This document shows, in pieces, positions 8,527-23,415 of a DNA stretch of 64,000 nucleotides. Source of the DNA: an uncultured Acidobacteriota bacterium (lineage in GTDB: Bacteria > Acidobacteriota > Thermoanaerobaculia > Multivoradales > SZUA-115). The notes beneath the pieces were generated by a model. The model had not been told where the DNA came from. It searched no databases and worked only from the letters and a program-made list of their open reading frames with translations. Numbering within the stretch: position 1 is the stretch's first letter; each line of letters opens with the position of its first letter. The stretch covers positions 896,001-960,000 of the forward strand of contig CAWDVR010000001.1 of assembly GCA_963805975.1 (NCBI GenBank). The letters are read 5' to 3'. The position numbers were made by a program, and so were the translations under genes.

Positions 8527-10439
8527 GCCTCCCGTCCTTCCTCTTCCACTACTTCCGCCGCTACACCGCGTGGGCGCTGGTGGCCTTTGCCGCCGTGCTG
8601 GTCTTCGCCGCCGCCACCACCGGCATCGTGGCCCTGGTGGAGCCGATCTTCGGCGAGGTGCTCCTGGCCGGCGAGGAAGACCTGTCCGCCGGCGTGCCGT
8701 TGCTGGGCGCGAGCCCGGAGGAGGCGAAACCGGCCGCGGCTGGCGAGGAGAAAGCACCCCCCAACTTTCTCGAGCGTCTGGGCAAGAAGGTCAACCTGAA
8801 GGAGCACTTCCGCTCGAGCTACGAGAGCGTCAAGCGCCGGCTGGGCGTCGGCCCGGACGAGGTGGTGTACTTCGTTCCGATCCTGTTCGTGATCGTGTTC
8901 ATGATCCGGAGCCTCTCGGACTTCGTCTCCGGCTACGCCTTCCAGAAGATCGGGCTGGGCATCACCACCGACATCCGGGACGATCTCTATCGCCACATCC
9001 TGAACCAGTCGGCCCGGTTCTACGCCACGCATTCCTCGGGCGAGCTGGTGACGCGGGTGGTGAGCGACGTCTCGATGATGCAGAACGCGGTGTCGAACCG
9101 CCTGCTCGATCTCGTGCAGCAGTCGGTGACGCTGCTCTTGCTCCTCGCGTTGCTGCTCTCCACCCACTTCCAGCTCGCCCTGATCTGCCTGGTGCTGGCG
9201 CCGATCCTCCTGGTGCCGATCGTGCGCTTCGGCAAAGGCATGCGCAAGACCAGCCACCGCAGCCAGGAGCGGCTGGCGGACTTGACGGCGCTCCTCGCCG
9301 AGGGCGTGCGCGGCTACCGCGTGGTCAAGGCCTTCGGCATGGAGGAGTTCGAGGTCGGCAAGTTCCGCGAGGCCACGCGGCGCCACCTGCGGGTCAACCT
9401 GCGGGCGCAGATGCTGGCCAACCTCTCGGGGCCGGTGGTCGAGTCCCTGGCCGCGCTGGGCTCGGCGGCGCTGGTGGTCTACGCCGGCCACAGCATCCGT
9501 ACCGGCACGCTCACCGCGCCGATGCTGGTCGCCTTTCTCTCCAACCTGCTGCTGATGTACGACCCGATCCGCAAGCTCAACAAGGTGAACCTCGTCCTGC
9601 AACAGGCGGCTGCCGCCGGCCAGCGGGTGGCCTCGGTGATGGCGCTCGAGAGCGAGGTGCTGGAGAAGCCGGGCGCAGCGCCGATCGACGGCGTGCGGCA
9701 GTCGATCGCCTATGAGGGCGTGTGGTTCTCCTACGACGGCGAGGAGCAGCCCCGGGAACGACAGGTTCTCGCCGGCCTCGATCTCTCGATCCGCGCCGGC
9801 GAGGTGGTGGCGCTGGTGGGGCCCTCGGGCGCCGGCAAGACGACGCTCGTCAACCTTCTGCCGCGATTCTTCGACCCCGACCGCGGCCGGGTGACGATCG
9901 ACGGCCGTGACCTCCGCGACCTGAGGCTCAAGGATCTGCGCTCGCTGATCGGCATCGTCACCCAGGAGACGGTGCTGTTCAACGACACGATCCGCAACAA
10001 CATCGCTTACGGCCGCCTGGACCTGCCGATGGAAAGGGTACGCGAGGCGGCTGCTGCGGCCTATGCGGACGAGTTCATAAACCAGCTCCCGGCCGGGTAC
10101 GAGACCACGGTGGGGGAGGCGGGCCTGCGCCTCTCGGGGGGCCAGCGGCAGCGCCTGGCCATCGCCCGCGCCCTGCTCAAGAACGCGCCGCTCCTGATCC
10201 TCGACGAGGCCACCTCGCAGCTCGACACCGAGTCCGAGTCGCTGGTGCAGAAGGCGCTCGGCAACCTCATGCAGGGCCGCACCACGCTGGTCATCGCCCA
10301 CCGCCTCTCGACCGTGATGCGCGCCGACCGCATCGTGGTGATCGAAGGCGGCCGCATCGTAGAGTCCGGCCGCCACGAGGAGCTGATCCAGCGCGAGGGG
10401 CTGTACAAGCGGCTGTTCGAGCTGCAGTTCCAGGTGTAG
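8523..10439 (+). CDS. msbA: Lipid A ABC exporter (MsbA-like)
   Basis: TMD+NBD fusion with GPSGAGKT, LSGGQRQR and LDEATS; coupled to lpxB. Confidence 0.85.
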   Translation: MSLPSFLFHYFRRYTAWALVAFAAVLVFAAATTGIVALVEPIFGEVLLAGEEDLSAGVPLLGASPEEAKPAAAGEEKAPPNFLERLGKKVNLKEHFRSSYESVKRRLGVGPDEVVYFVPILFVIVFMIRSLSDFVSGYAFQKIGLGITTDIRDDLYRHILNQSARFYATHSSGELVTRVVSDVSMMQNAVSNRLLDLVQQSVTLLLLLALLLSTHFQLALICLVLAPILLVPIVRFGKGMRKTSHRSQERLADLTALLAEGVRGYRVVKAFGMEEFEVGKFREATRRHLRVNLRAQMLANLSGPVVESLAALGSAALVVYAGHSIRTGTLTAPMLVAFLSNLLLMYDPIRKLNKVNLVLQQAAAAGQRVASVMALESEVLEKPGAAPIDGVRQSIAYEGVWFSYDGEEQPRERQVLAGLDLSIRAGEVVALVGPSGAGKTTLVNLLPRFFDPDRGRVTIDGRDLRDLRLKDLRSLIGIVTQETVLFNDTIRNNIAYGRLDLPMERVREAAAAAYADEFINQLPAGYETTVGEAGLRLSGGQRQRLAIARALLKNAPLLILDEATSQLDTESESLVQKALGNLMQGRTTLVIAHRLSTVMRADRIVVIEGGRIVESGRHEELIQREGLYKRLFELQFQV

Positions 10440-10511
10440 CGCGCAGGTCCGCTTCTGCGGCAAGATCGATCCCTGCTTCTGCACTCAGTTGCGCGCTTCG
10501 GGTAGAGGAGT

Positions 10512-10534
10512 GGGCGCACGCCGTGCGCCCCTAC
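10512..10534 (-). repeat. GTAG-type REP-like palindrome
   Basis: Minus strand reads GTAG-GGGCGCACG-G-CGTGCGCCC; lies between convergent genes. Confidence 0.6.
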
Positions 10535-13500
10535 TCTCCCTCGATCACCAGCTTCGCTCCCGCCGAGTAGGCGTTGAACTCCGGTGCGTACATGGACTGG
10601 AGCGTCGCCGGGCCGATCTTGAACGCGCCGGCGAGGTTGGCGCGCAGGCGGTACTTGAAGGTGTGCTCGCCCGCGGGCAGCCAGTCGAAGAAGAAGTTGG
10701 TGCCGCTGTCGCGCACCTCCTCGTACCAGCCGAGGCCCGCTCCCCACTTGTAGCCCGAGGTGGTGGTCTCGGGCTCGAAGCCGGCGCCGCGCGGATCGCG
10801 CAGGTGGACGTACTCGGCGGCGTGCTTCGCGCGGATCGAGAGCTGCACCTCCACCTGATCGCCGGGCGCCAGCTCCGCCCCCTCGGCGAGCGGCTGGAGC
10901 ACCCACTCCCGCCCCTTCTGTACCCGCTTGAAGAAGCGGCGCGAGACGGTGAAGAAGTCACCGCGCTCCTCGGGCGGCAGCTCCTCGGTCGAGAAGTGCC
11001 AGGTCGCCGAGGCGAAGAGGAAGCCCGGCGTCTGCTTTTCGACGGTGATCGAGGACATCGACGCGGGCTCGATCTCCGGGCCGGGGACCACGATCTGGTT
11101 CTTCTTGCCGGTGTAGCGATCGGGCTCGAACACGAAGGTCTGGACACGGCTGCCCACCGTCACCTTGGCCTCCTCGCGCACCGCCAGCGTGCCCTCGTGC
11201 TCGAGGTAGTGGACCAGGGCGTAGATCACCTCGGCCGTGGCGCGGGTGGACTTCCAATGGTTGAGCTTCTTGTTGAGCAGCAGCCACTGCACCAGGCCGT
11301 GGCGTCGGGCGTCGGCCGGCTCGAGCTCGGTCAGGGTACGGAGCGCGAAGGAGTGGCTCTCGATGGTGTCGTTGTACCAGAGCCAGGCACGGTCCTCGGG
11401 CGCCCAGAAGGTGCCCAGCTCCTCGGTGGTCTTGGCCGAGTCCATGACGCTGTCGAACACCAGCTTGGCGTCGGCGGCACGGCCGGCGCGCTCGAGCGTC
11501 AGGGCAAGCTGGCCTTTGAGGAGCGGCGAGTGCTGCTTCCAATGGCGGAAGGAGAGATCGAGCATCCGCCGCCGCTCGTCGGCGGAGAAGACGCCGCCCG
11601 TCCACTCGTCGTCCGGGTAGCTCGACAGCACGTACCCGAGGAAAGTCACGAGCTCCCAGCAGCAGTCCTCCTTCACCAGGTCGCGGGCGATCTCCTCGAG
11701 GTAGTGCCGGTGGAGGTAGCTCCAGGCGGCCACGGTCAGATCCTGCGGCACCTCGATGCCGAACTCGCGGGCCCGGGCCAAGCCCTGCAGCACGTAGAGC
11801 GTCATGTACGGCGAGGGCGGGCCGCCCGGCCACCAGGGGAAGCCGCCGAGCGAGGTCTGGGACTGCCGCAGCTTGGCGAGCGACGCCTCGCGCTGCGCTT
11901 TCGCGATGCGCGGGTCGAGGACGTTGATCAGCTCCGTGCCCTCCTGGGCCTCGGCACCGCCCCGAGCCTGGGTGAGCCAGGGTGTCTCCTCGAGAGCCAT
12001 CTTGCGGTTCGGGTCGGCGCCGGCGAAGGTCTCCAGGCGGGTCTCGCGCTCGGACATCTGCTTGGCCATGCGCGCCACCGACGGGTATTTCTCGTAGAGC
12101 GAGGCGACGATACCGGTCGAGAGGAAGCGGTTGAGGGTCTGCTCGCTGCACTCGTAGGGATAGTCGACGAGGTAGGGCAGGGCGGAGAGCACGCTGTAGA
12201 AGAGCTGCGCGTCGAGCGTCACCACCAGCTGCTCGTCGATCCGGGTCGCGTCCTCCCGCAGCATGTCCTCGAGGCGCAGCGTCTTCGTGGCCCGGTCCTT
12301 CAGGGTCACGAAGCGGGACTGCGCCAGGTGGAAGCGGCCGGGCAGGAGCGGGCAGGGGCCGCAGCTCGCCGTCCGACAGGTCGCCGGCCCTGGCCACCAC
12401 CTTGAAGGCCACCTGGCCGACGCGCGGCGGGGCCTTGACCGGGAAGGTCAGCGTGGTGCCCTTGCCGGGCTCGACCGAGAAGCTCCGGCCACGGGCCTGG
12501 CTCTCGGGCAGGCCGAACTCGGCGAGCAGGTTGTTTCCGCTCTCGGGGTCGAGGATCTCGAAGTCGAGGCGGCCGGAGAGCGGCACCTCGCCGCCGTTGT
12601 TGACCACTACCTTGATCGCCGCCTCGTCGCCCTCGCGCAGGAAGCGGGGCAGGTAGGGGCGCACCATGAGATCCTTCACCGACGCCGCCTTTTGGGTGAG
12701 CGAGCCGGCCCGGAAGTCCTTGGTCAGGGCGTGCACCCACACGTTCCACTCGGTGACCGAGTCCGGCACCGTGAATTCGAACGACACCGCGCCGTCCGCG
12801 CCGGTCAGCAGGTGCGGATACCAGAAGGCGGTTTCGGAAAAGTCGCTCCGCAGCTCCACTGTCGCGGCCGGAGGCGGCGGGGGGGGCGGTGGAACCGAGC
12901 CGGCGGCCGAGTCGAACGCTGCTTTCGCCGCCTGCGGGACCATTCCGGCGGCTACCGCGCCTTCGCCTCCCACCACGACCTCCTCCGCGATCTCCACCGG
13001 CTGCACCATGCTCGGGTTCGCCATGCGCATGGGAGCGGGGAACCTCCTCCGACCGGGGCCGCCGATGCCGTAGCCGTCGAAGAACTTGAGCCGGTCCGGC
13101 GTCGTCCGCGAGAAGTCGGGCAGCACGCTCAGGCCCTCGCCCTCCCGCCAGACGACCGAGCTGCTGCCCAGGCTGGAACGCACGCCGAACGGCACCACCG
13201 GCCCCGGGTAGAGCGCGAGCGGGTCTGCCGGCTGGTGGGGGGCGAAGAAGTCCAGGCTGCGGTCGTACATGTAGGCCAGCACCTCGGCCGCGCCGGCCGC
13301 CTGCACCTTCTCGTCCTTGCCGCGCACCGTCACCCGCCAGGTCTCCTTGCCGCCGGGCCGCAGGCGGTCGCGGAAGCTGGCGAACTCGACTGTGAGCTCG
13401 CGGTCGTCCCAGGGCACGAGCACGGTGGCCTCTTCGGTGAGCAACTGGTGGTCCCGCACGCCGGTGAGACTGACGGTCAGGCTGCCGCGATCCCGGTCGG

Positions 13501-16500
13501 TGATCGGGATCTCGAGAATGCGGGCGCCGTCTTTCGAGGTGATCTCGCGCCGCTCCAGGCGTGCGGTGCCGCGGAAGACCTCGAGGGTCAGCGGCTGGCC
13601 GTCCAGGCCGGAGTGGAGGAGGAAGCGCGCCGTGCCGCCCACAGACACCGACGGGGCCTCGGCGGCCACCACCAGAGGCAGGGCGAGCGGGGTCGCGGCC
13701 TCGCGGGCCACCACCAGCTCGCGGCTGGCCTCGAAGCGGGCGCCGAAGGCGTCGGTGGTCTCGTAGCGCAGGCGGTAGGCGCCGGGCGCCAGGCCGGCGA
13801 GCTCGATCTTGGCCTCGCCGGAGGCTCCGTGCTCGAGCGCGCCACGCTTCAGCTCGGCGCCGTCGCCCCACAGGCTGAGCGCCGCCTCGGCAGGCAGGCC
13901 CCCGTCCCACCGCGGGCGCAGCCGGTCGCCCGGGGTCTGGTAGCTCTCTTCGCCCTGAGTCTTGGCCGGCGCGGGGGGGAGCGGCTGCTCGGCCGGGAGC
14001 TTCGCCTCCGGCGGCTGCGCCAGGGACAGGAGCCGCCAGGACCCCGTGCCGGGCAGCGGCTGGCCGTCGAGGTTGGTGCGCTTGACGGTGATCACTGCCG
14101 TCTCGTCGGCGCGCACGAAACCGGCATCGGTCGAGAGCGTGGCCTCGACGGCCACGAAGCCGACCCGGAAGATACGTTCGGCCGAGCGCGTCTCGCCGCC
14201 TTCGTCGGTCACGTCCACGGCCAGGGAATAGCCATAGGAGAGTCCCGGCGTCGCCGCTTCGCGCTCGTCGGCCTCGGGGGTGAAGGTGAGGTGGAACTTG
14301 CCTTCGGCGTCCAGAGCTTCGCTACCGGTCGCGATCACCTGCGGCGGGCTGGAGGGGCGGCTCCACCACCACCAAGGGGGATACTGCGGCACCCTCGTCA
14401 CCCGCCAGGCGACCTCGCCGGCGGTGACCGGAAGCCCGAAGTAGTAGCGCACCGTGCCGGTGAGCGCCGCCGGCCGGTTGATGCGGAGCGGCGCCGTGGG
14501 GTCGTCGATCGTGGCCTCGAACGTCGGGCGCTTGTACTCCTCGACCTGGATCCACGAAGTGCCGCCGACCGAGGTGCGGACCGTCCAGCCGCCGAGCAGG
14601 CGGCCGGACGGGATGCGGAAGCGCCCGGAGGCCGAGCCGTGGGCGTTGCTGGTCACCGTGGCGCTCGCCACCACCTCGCCGTTGGGGTCGGCGAGCTCCA
14701 CCTCGAGCTTCTTCTTGGGCTCGACCTCGAAGCGCTGGCGGTTGCCCCGCGAGCGGTAGGCCACCACTTTCCACAGCACTTCCTGCTCGGGCCGGTAGAC
14801 GCTGCGGTCGGTGTAGACCAGAGCGTCACTCCCGTCCTCCGCCCGGTAGAGCGGGTTGAAGCCGAAGCTCTCGAGGTCGGCGGTCTCGTCCGTGCCCTTG
14901 CGGGCGAAGAGGACGTAGCCGCGGTCTTTGCGAACCGAGCCGCCGGCGAAGGTCACGCGGCCGTCGGCGGTGGTGGTCCGCGTCTCGACCACGCGATGGT
15001 GACTCTGCCAGTCCAGGACGTAGAGGGAGACCTCGGCGGCGGCGACCGGCGCGCCGGTCGCTCCGGAGCGCACCGTCACCTCGTGGCTCTCGAGCGGCTG
15101 CCGGGAGATCAGCACCAGGTCGCTCACGATTATATTCACGGCCGAGAGCAGGTTGCCGGCGGCGACGAAGTCCTGCCGGCCGGAGGCGACTACCACCCAC
15201 AGGCCGGGCTCGGTGAACGGCGGAACCAGGTAGGTGGTGTGGCTGCGCAGGTCCGGGGTGGGCGGCAGCTCGGCCACCCACTCGCGGTCGGGCCTGCGGC
15301 CGCGGACGATCTCCGGCACCTCGCGGTAGGCCGGCAGCAGGTTGTAGTCCTCGCCGGCATCGAGGGTCTGCTTCAGGTTCAGGCGGTAGGCGCGGAAGTA
15401 GAGCTTGCCGAGGTTGGCGTGCCGCACCTGGATCGACCGGCGGCTGCTGCCGTCGACCGCCATGGCAGTGAGGTCGTAGGACGGGGCCTCGAGCTGGGCC
15501 ACGATCGCCGCGCAGCGCTGGCCACCGATCGAGTCGGGGTGGGCCTCGGCCCCGGCGCGGGCGGCCGCGCGGGCGTCCACCAGCGCGTTGGGACGGTCCT
15601 CCTCCCGCAGCCAGCCCGCCAGCGTCGCCTGCCCCCAAGACCACCACTCGAAGCTGCGGCCGAGCGCGGCCGAGTGCTGGGAGAGGTTCTTCTTGAGCCG
15701 TTCCCGGTCTTCTTCGCGGGTGAAGGAGGCCGCCAGGTGCCGCAGGCGCGCCAGGCGGGCCTCGAACGCGGCCTCCGGCTGGCGCCGGCCGCGGTGCCAG
15801 GTCTCGAGGTCGGCGAGGATGGCGGCGATCTTCGCCAGCGGATGGGCCTCCGGCGAAGCGAGGTCGTTCTCCGCCGGGAGCGGCGCCGGGCCGAGGAGCT
15901 TTTCGAGGTCGAGCCGGTACACGCCGTTGTTGTGCTCCGGCCGCCACTGGGAGGTGTCGGTGAGGAGCTCGACCCAGAGGTAGCTGACCGCGTCGCGCAG
16001 CGTGCCGCGGATGCGCGGCGGGTAATCGTTCTGCTCGATGTACTCGGCGAGCCGGCCGATCGACTGCTCTCCCCACGCGGCGCGGTCCTTCCACACCGCG
16101 AGGTAAGCCTCCTGGGCCGCGCCGAAGATCTGCTCCCGGGTCCAGGTCTTGAGGTCGACGGCCTCCGTGCTCTCCACCCGCTCGCGCTGGCCGATCTCCC
16201 AGCCGTAGGCCTGGAGGTAGAAGACCAGAGACTGGCCGTAGAACAGGTTCAGGACCGAGCGGTAGAGCGGCTCTTCGGGCCAGGGCTGCTCTTTGTAGGT
16301 GCGCACCGCGGTCTCGAAGCTGCCGAGCGCGGTCTCGAGCTGCACCTGGCGGATGAGGGCCCGGGTCCAGCTCTCCTCGTCCCCGGCCTGGCGGGCGGCA
16401 TCGCGGATCTTCGTCACGCGCTGGGCCGCCTCCTGCATCTTCTGCTCGGAGATCAGGCGATCGACCTCTTGCCACTCGGGCCCCGGCGGGCTGGGTTCTG

Positions 16501-16654
16501 GAGCCATGGCACTCCCTTGGGCGGGTTCAGTGGATGCGGGCACGGCAGCGGCCGGCGCAGAAGCGGCCCGGTCGCAGGCGGCGGGGATCGCCAGGACCAG
16601 CAGCAGGGAGGCGGTGGGGACGAGGAGGCGGAGGGTCGAGGTTCGGGCATGCAT
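10531..16654 (-). CDS. Alpha-2-macroglobulin family protein, split by one frameshift at ~12350
   Basis: N-part (16654 to ~12350) has a lipobox-like AAC, YTDRSVYRP, VEEYKRPTF and ETAFWYP; C-part has the thioester motif CSEQ and GGFPWWPG; an extra C in a short C run breaks the frame. Confidence 0.9.
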
Positions 16655-16754
16655 AGTGGCAGATTAGACCTTGCCGCGACGCAAAAGGAAACCGCTGCGC
16701 CGGGCGCGCAGAGGAATCCTAGAGCCATGGCCACTCCAGGCTAGTATGAAACGC

Positions 16755-17332
16755 ATGTTGCGGCGGACGACCACCGACGACATCACGACGCTCCTCGGTC
16801 GCTGGCGCGGCGGCGACCGGGGTGCCCTCTCGCAGCTCTTCCCGCGCGTCTACTCCGAGCTGCGCCGGCTCGCCGAGAGCGCGATGCAGCGCGAGCGCGG
16901 AGAGCACACGCTGCAGGCCACGGCCCTGGTCCACGAGGCCTATCTGCGGCTCGCCGGCGGCCAGGCCCCGCGGCTCGAGGACCGTGGCCACTTCTTCGCG
17001 CTCTCGGCGCGGCTGATGCGGCGCGTCCTGGTCGACCACGCGCGCGGCTCGCGCGCCGAGCGGCGCGGCGGCGGCGCGCTGCGAGTGCCCCTCGAAGACG
17101 CCGAGGTCTCGTCCACTCCCCAGCCGGTCGACCTCCTGGCGCTCGACGAGGCCCTGACCGCCCTGGCCGCCATCGACCGCCGTAAGGCCAGGGTGGTCGA
17201 GCTGCGGTTCTTCGGTGGCCTGCAGGTCGACGAGACCGCGTTGCTCCTCGGCGTCTCGGTGCCGACCGTGGTCGCCGACACTCGCTTCGCCCGCGCCTGG
17301 CTCTTCGCCAGGCTCGAAGGCCACCTCCATCC

Positions 17333-17336
<4 letters not shown>
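16755..17336 (+). CDS. ECF sigma factor of the kinase-associated type (TIGR02999-like)
   Basis: VYSELRRLA, HTLQATALVHEAYLRL, VELRFFGGL and ARAWL motifs; start could be 16746 or 16755. Confidence 0.9.
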
Positions 17337-19826
<2,490 letters not shown>

Positions 19827-19832
<6 letters not shown>

Positions 19833-19915
19833 CCTGCCGAGAGATCCTGGTCCGGTGCTCGACACCCCCTGCGGGTCACGCTGCGCCCCTCCCAGGGCGT
19901 CTCGGCAGGTCAGCG
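19827..19915. repeat. Palindromic dispersed element, copy B
   Basis: Perfect 16-bp inverted repeat CGCTGACCTGCCGAGA; core nearly identical to the reverse complement of 53021-53067. Confidence 0.85.
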
Positions 19916-20014
19916 TCGCCTGGCGAACACGCAGTCTGATCATCTCCGGCGGCTCCCCTTTGCGCAGTAGAGGCAGGAGCGTCCATCCGCCGGACGCCGT
20001 GAAAGGAGCCCCGG

Positions 20015-22450
20015 ATGCCGACTCGTGCCTGCCGGACCACCCTGCTCGCCGTGCTCTGTCTTGCCCTCGTCTTCGCGCGCGTACCCTCGAACGCCGCCGC
20101 GCCGGAGGGGCCACGCCTCGAGCTCGCCACGGGTGAGGTGATCGCGCTCGACCGCCTGCCTTTGCCGCCGGAGGTGGAGGGCAAGGCGAACGAGATGCTG
20201 CCCTTCGTCGTCGCCCTGGCCGGCGAGCCGACCGCCCTCCTGCGACAGAACCTCGAGGCGGCCGGCGCCACGGTGGTGGGAGCCATACCGCCGTCCTCGT
20301 ACCTGGTGCGCGCCCCGGGCGCGCTCGCGGTAGGGCTGCGGGCAGAGCCCTGGGTGGCGGCCGTGGCCGCGGTCGAGCCGCGGTGGAAGCTCGCGCCGGC
20401 CCTGGGGGATGCGGTGCGGAAGGCTGGCGCGGGCGAGCGCCTGCGAGTGGAGATCGTGCTCTATCGCGATGTTCCCGGCGACCGGCTCGAGGAGCTGGTA
20501 CGCCGGCAGGGCGAGCGGCTCGCGAGCCTCGACGCCCTGGGAGGCCGGGTGGTGACGGCCGAGGTGCCGGCCACGGCCTTGGAGGAGATCGCCGCGCTGC
20601 CCGAAGTGGCCTTCGTCCAGCCGGCCTCCGAGGGCCGCCTGTTCAACGACGCGATACGCGTGGTGATGCAGACCGACCGTGCCCACCCGAACGCCAACCA
20701 GGCGTTCTACAACCCGGTGTACGGCATCGGCGTCCACGGTGCGGGCGAGCTCGTCGCGATCGCCGACACCGGCCTGCGCTCCTCCCACGAGCAGCTCGCC
20801 ACCGCCTCCGGCAAGCTCCAGGCCTACGTCAACAGCGCGCCGGGCTGCGCCACGATGGGCGACCCTCACAGCCACGGCACCGCGGTGGCGAGCACTCTCG
20901 CCGGGGATGCGCCGGGCGCAGGCGGCCTTGCCGGCACGCCCAACGGCTTCGACGGCCTGGCCTTCGGCGCCTCGCTCTTCGTCCAGGACATCTTCGACGA
21001 CAGCGGCGTGGAGCCCGTCTTGTGCGATACCTCGTTCCTCACCACCGATCTGCTGAAGGAGGCCTCCGCAGCCGGAGCGCGGGTGCACAACCACAGTTGG
21101 GGCCACATGAACCCGGCGCAGGTGCCCTACGGCGGAAGCTACGGCTGGCGCAGCCGCGACCTCGACCTCTACCTCAAGGACCCGGCGCACCGCGAGAGCG
21201 TGGTGGTCTTCGCCGTGGGCAACGAGGGTGGGCGGTGGCTCCAGAACTGCTCGACCGGCACCTGCTACTGGTACGTGGACGCCATCCCCCGCACGGTCTC
21301 CGAGGAGGCCCATGCCAAGAACGTGGTCTCGGTCGGCGGCTCGCGCAACGGCGCCAGCCGGCGGGTGATGTACCTCTTTTCGAGCCGTGGCCCGGCCAAC
21401 GACTGCATTCCGCCCGCGAGCGGAACCTGCTCGACTCTGGGGCGCATCAAGCCCGACCTGGTGGCCCCCGCCTCGACCACGATCTCCGCCGCCGAGGCGT
21501 CCGGCGACACGAGGTACTGCCCGCACCCGGCGATCTGCCCGGACGGCTACTACGGCACCAGCCACGCGGCGCCGGCCATCTCCGCCTCGGCGGCCCTGGT
21601 GCGCGATTACTTCGCGCAGGGCAAGTACCCGAACGACGCCGGCGACCCGCCGCTCGGTGGCCCGCCGAGCGCCGCGCTGGTCAAGGCGATGCTGGTCAAC
21701 GCGTCGGTCTTCCTGACCGACGCCTCGGCCTACGAGGCGACCGTCGAGGTGGGAGGCACGCTCGGCACCTATCCCAACTACGACCAGGGATTCGGCCGCC
21801 CGGCCCTCGACAACGTGCTCGAGCCCGCCGGCTTCCGCCGCCTCAAGGTGTGGGAAGACGCCACCACCACTTTGGCCACGGGCGAGCTCTGGAAGCGCCA
21901 GGTTATTTTCCCGGACGTGTGGCAGGCGGCCTGCAACGTGCTGCGGGTGACGCTCGCCTGGACCGACGAGCCGGGGACCCTGGGCGTCAGCCCGGTGCTG
22001 GTCAACGACCTCGACCTGGAGGTGACTTTCAAGGGACAGCTCTGGCGCGGCAACCACGGCCTGACCGGCGGCGCGCCGGACCGCGCCAACAACGTGGAGG
22101 ACGTCTACGTCCCGCTCGGCCAGCTCGGGGGCGGCCTGAACCAGGTGCAGGTGCGGGTGCGGGGCCACCGCGTGATGAGCGCCGGCGAGCAGCCGTTCGC
22201 CGTGGTGCTCACCCACGGGCCCTGCCTGGACAAGACCCCCTGCCAGCTACAGCTCGGCAGCGGCTGCTACAAGGGTCCTGGCGACACCGTGCCGGGTGCC
22301 AAGCCGGCCCCGACCAACGGCTGCGACAGCCAGCAGTACTCGACCGAGGAGTGCTTCGACTGCGGCGCAGGACCATGGCCCACCTGCGAGCCTCCGCCGC
22401 CCCCCGTCCCGCCGATCCGGCCGATCGGCCCGATGCCGATCGACCAGTAA
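20015..22450 (+). CDS. Secreted subtilisin-like S8 serine peptidase
   Basis: Signal peptide; catalytic triad motifs IADTG, HGTAVA and GTSHAAP; VNDLDL and NNVE C-domain; Cys/Pro-rich tail. Confidence 0.92.
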   Translation: MPTRACRTTLLAVLCLALVFARVPSNAAAPEGPRLELATGEVIALDRLPLPPEVEGKANEMLPFVVALAGEPTALLRQNLEAAGATVVGAIPPSSYLVRAPGALAVGLRAEPWVAAVAAVEPRWKLAPALGDAVRKAGAGERLRVEIVLYRDVPGDRLEELVRRQGERLASLDALGGRVVTAEVPATALEEIAALPEVAFVQPASEGRLFNDAIRVVMQTDRAHPNANQAFYNPVYGIGVHGAGELVAIADTGLRSSHEQLATASGKLQAYVNSAPGCATMGDPHSHGTAVASTLAGDAPGAGGLAGTPNGFDGLAFGASLFVQDIFDDSGVEPVLCDTSFLTTDLLKEASAAGARVHNHSWGHMNPAQVPYGGSYGWRSRDLDLYLKDPAHRESVVVFAVGNEGGRWLQNCSTGTCYWYVDAIPRTVSEEAHAKNVVSVGGSRNGASRRVMYLFSSRGPANDCIPPASGTCSTLGRIKPDLVAPASTTISAAEASGDTRYCPHPAICPDGYYGTSHAAPAISASAALVRDYFAQGKYPNDAGDPPLGGPPSAALVKAMLVNASVFLTDASAYEATVEVGGTLGTYPNYDQGFGRPALDNVLEPAGFRRLKVWEDATTTLATGELWKRQVIFPDVWQAACNVLRVTLAWTDEPGTLGVSPVLVNDLDLEVTFKGQLWRGNHGLTGGAPDRANNVEDVYVPLGQLGGGLNQVQVRVRGHRVMSAGEQPFAVVLTHGPCLDKTPCQLQLGSGCYKGPGDTVPGAKPAPTNGCDSQQYSTEECFDCGAGPWPTCEPPPPPVPPIRPIGPMPIDQ

Positions 22451-22578
22451 CGGAGGACCCTCTCTCGATGGCGCTTCCCTCCTTGCGGTAACGACGCCGC
22501 TCGCCCCCACGACCAAGAGGGCGTTGGCGTCGAGATCGGAGCGGGCTGTCGCTCGGATCGGCTCGGAAGGGGAGTGCG

Positions 22579-23403
22579 ATGGAGTACTTCAGACGACTGG
22601 GCAGATTCTGGTTCCCGAACGCGATGGCCGTCGTCTGGCTGCTGTTCGCGCTGCCCGCGCTCTACTTCTTCCAGACCACGATCCACGAGGGCTCGCACGC
22701 CTTCGCGGCCCTGGTCTCGAGCGGCAACTTCCCCAAGCTGGCGCCCTTCCCGCATCTGACCGCGGACGGGAACTTCCTCAACGGGGTCGCCATCCCCGAC
22801 CGTGGCAGCACGGAGACGGTGCTCGAACGGGCGAGCTGCGAGAGCCGGACGAAGACCCGCAACCCCCGGCTCGCCGGGTTCATCGGCCTGCCGCAGTTCA
22901 TCGCCCTGGGGCTGATCATCCTCTTCTCGGTGGTCTTCATCCTCACCACCGTCGAGGACCCTCTGGTGCGCTTCGGCCTGCGTGCCTGGTACTTCGCGGC
23001 CTGCGTCGACTTCATGTACAACACCGCGCGCGGGCTGGTCGGTGGCTGCAACGCGAGCGCGGACTGGAGCAAGTTCATGCTGCGTAGCGACATCGACGGC
23101 GGCCTGTTCGCGCTCATGACGTGGCTCTTCTGGCTGCTGATCCTCAGCCACTTCCTGTGGGTGTATTGGTCCCCCTGGAGCCGCGAGAGCACGACCCAGG
23201 CCCGCTTCTGGGACTACCGCTGGATCTCCTTCATCCTGGGCCTGCTGTCACTTCTCGCCGTGATCCTCTCGCTGGCGGTCAGCGACCCCGGTATCGACAA
23301 GAGCTCGGTCGCCTTCATCCTGCCGCTGGTGATCCAGTTCCTGTCACTCGGCTGGTACTGGACCTACTTCGGGCTGACCTTCAAGTACGGGGAGGCGCGC
23401 TAG
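22579..23403 (+). CDS. Polytopic membrane protein with HExxH (M50-like metallopeptidase?)
   Basis: TIHEGSHA follows the first TM; SADW later; about 6 TMs. Confidence 0.6.
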   Translation: MEYFRRLGRFWFPNAMAVVWLLFALPALYFFQTTIHEGSHAFAALVSSGNFPKLAPFPHLTADGNFLNGVAIPDRGSTETVLERASCESRTKTRNPRLAGFIGLPQFIALGLIILFSVVFILTTVEDPLVRFGLRAWYFAACVDFMYNTARGLVGGCNASADWSKFMLRSDIDGGLFALMTWLFWLLILSHFLWVYWSPWSRESTTQARFWDYRWISFILGLLSLLAVILSLAVSDPGIDKSSVAFILPLVIQFLSLGWYWTYFGLTFKYGEAR

Positions 23404-23415
23404 GATCCGAGGGCG

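Noticed and set aside
12340-12360. Programmed frameshift or phase variation in the alpha-2-macroglobulin gene
   Set aside because: No slippery heptamer or long simple repeat; similar indels occur in unrelated genes.
12263-16744. Long antisense ORFs (also 41486..46186, 4579..6453 and others)
   Set aside because: Expected from stop-codon scarcity opposite high-GC3 genes; no recognisable motifs.
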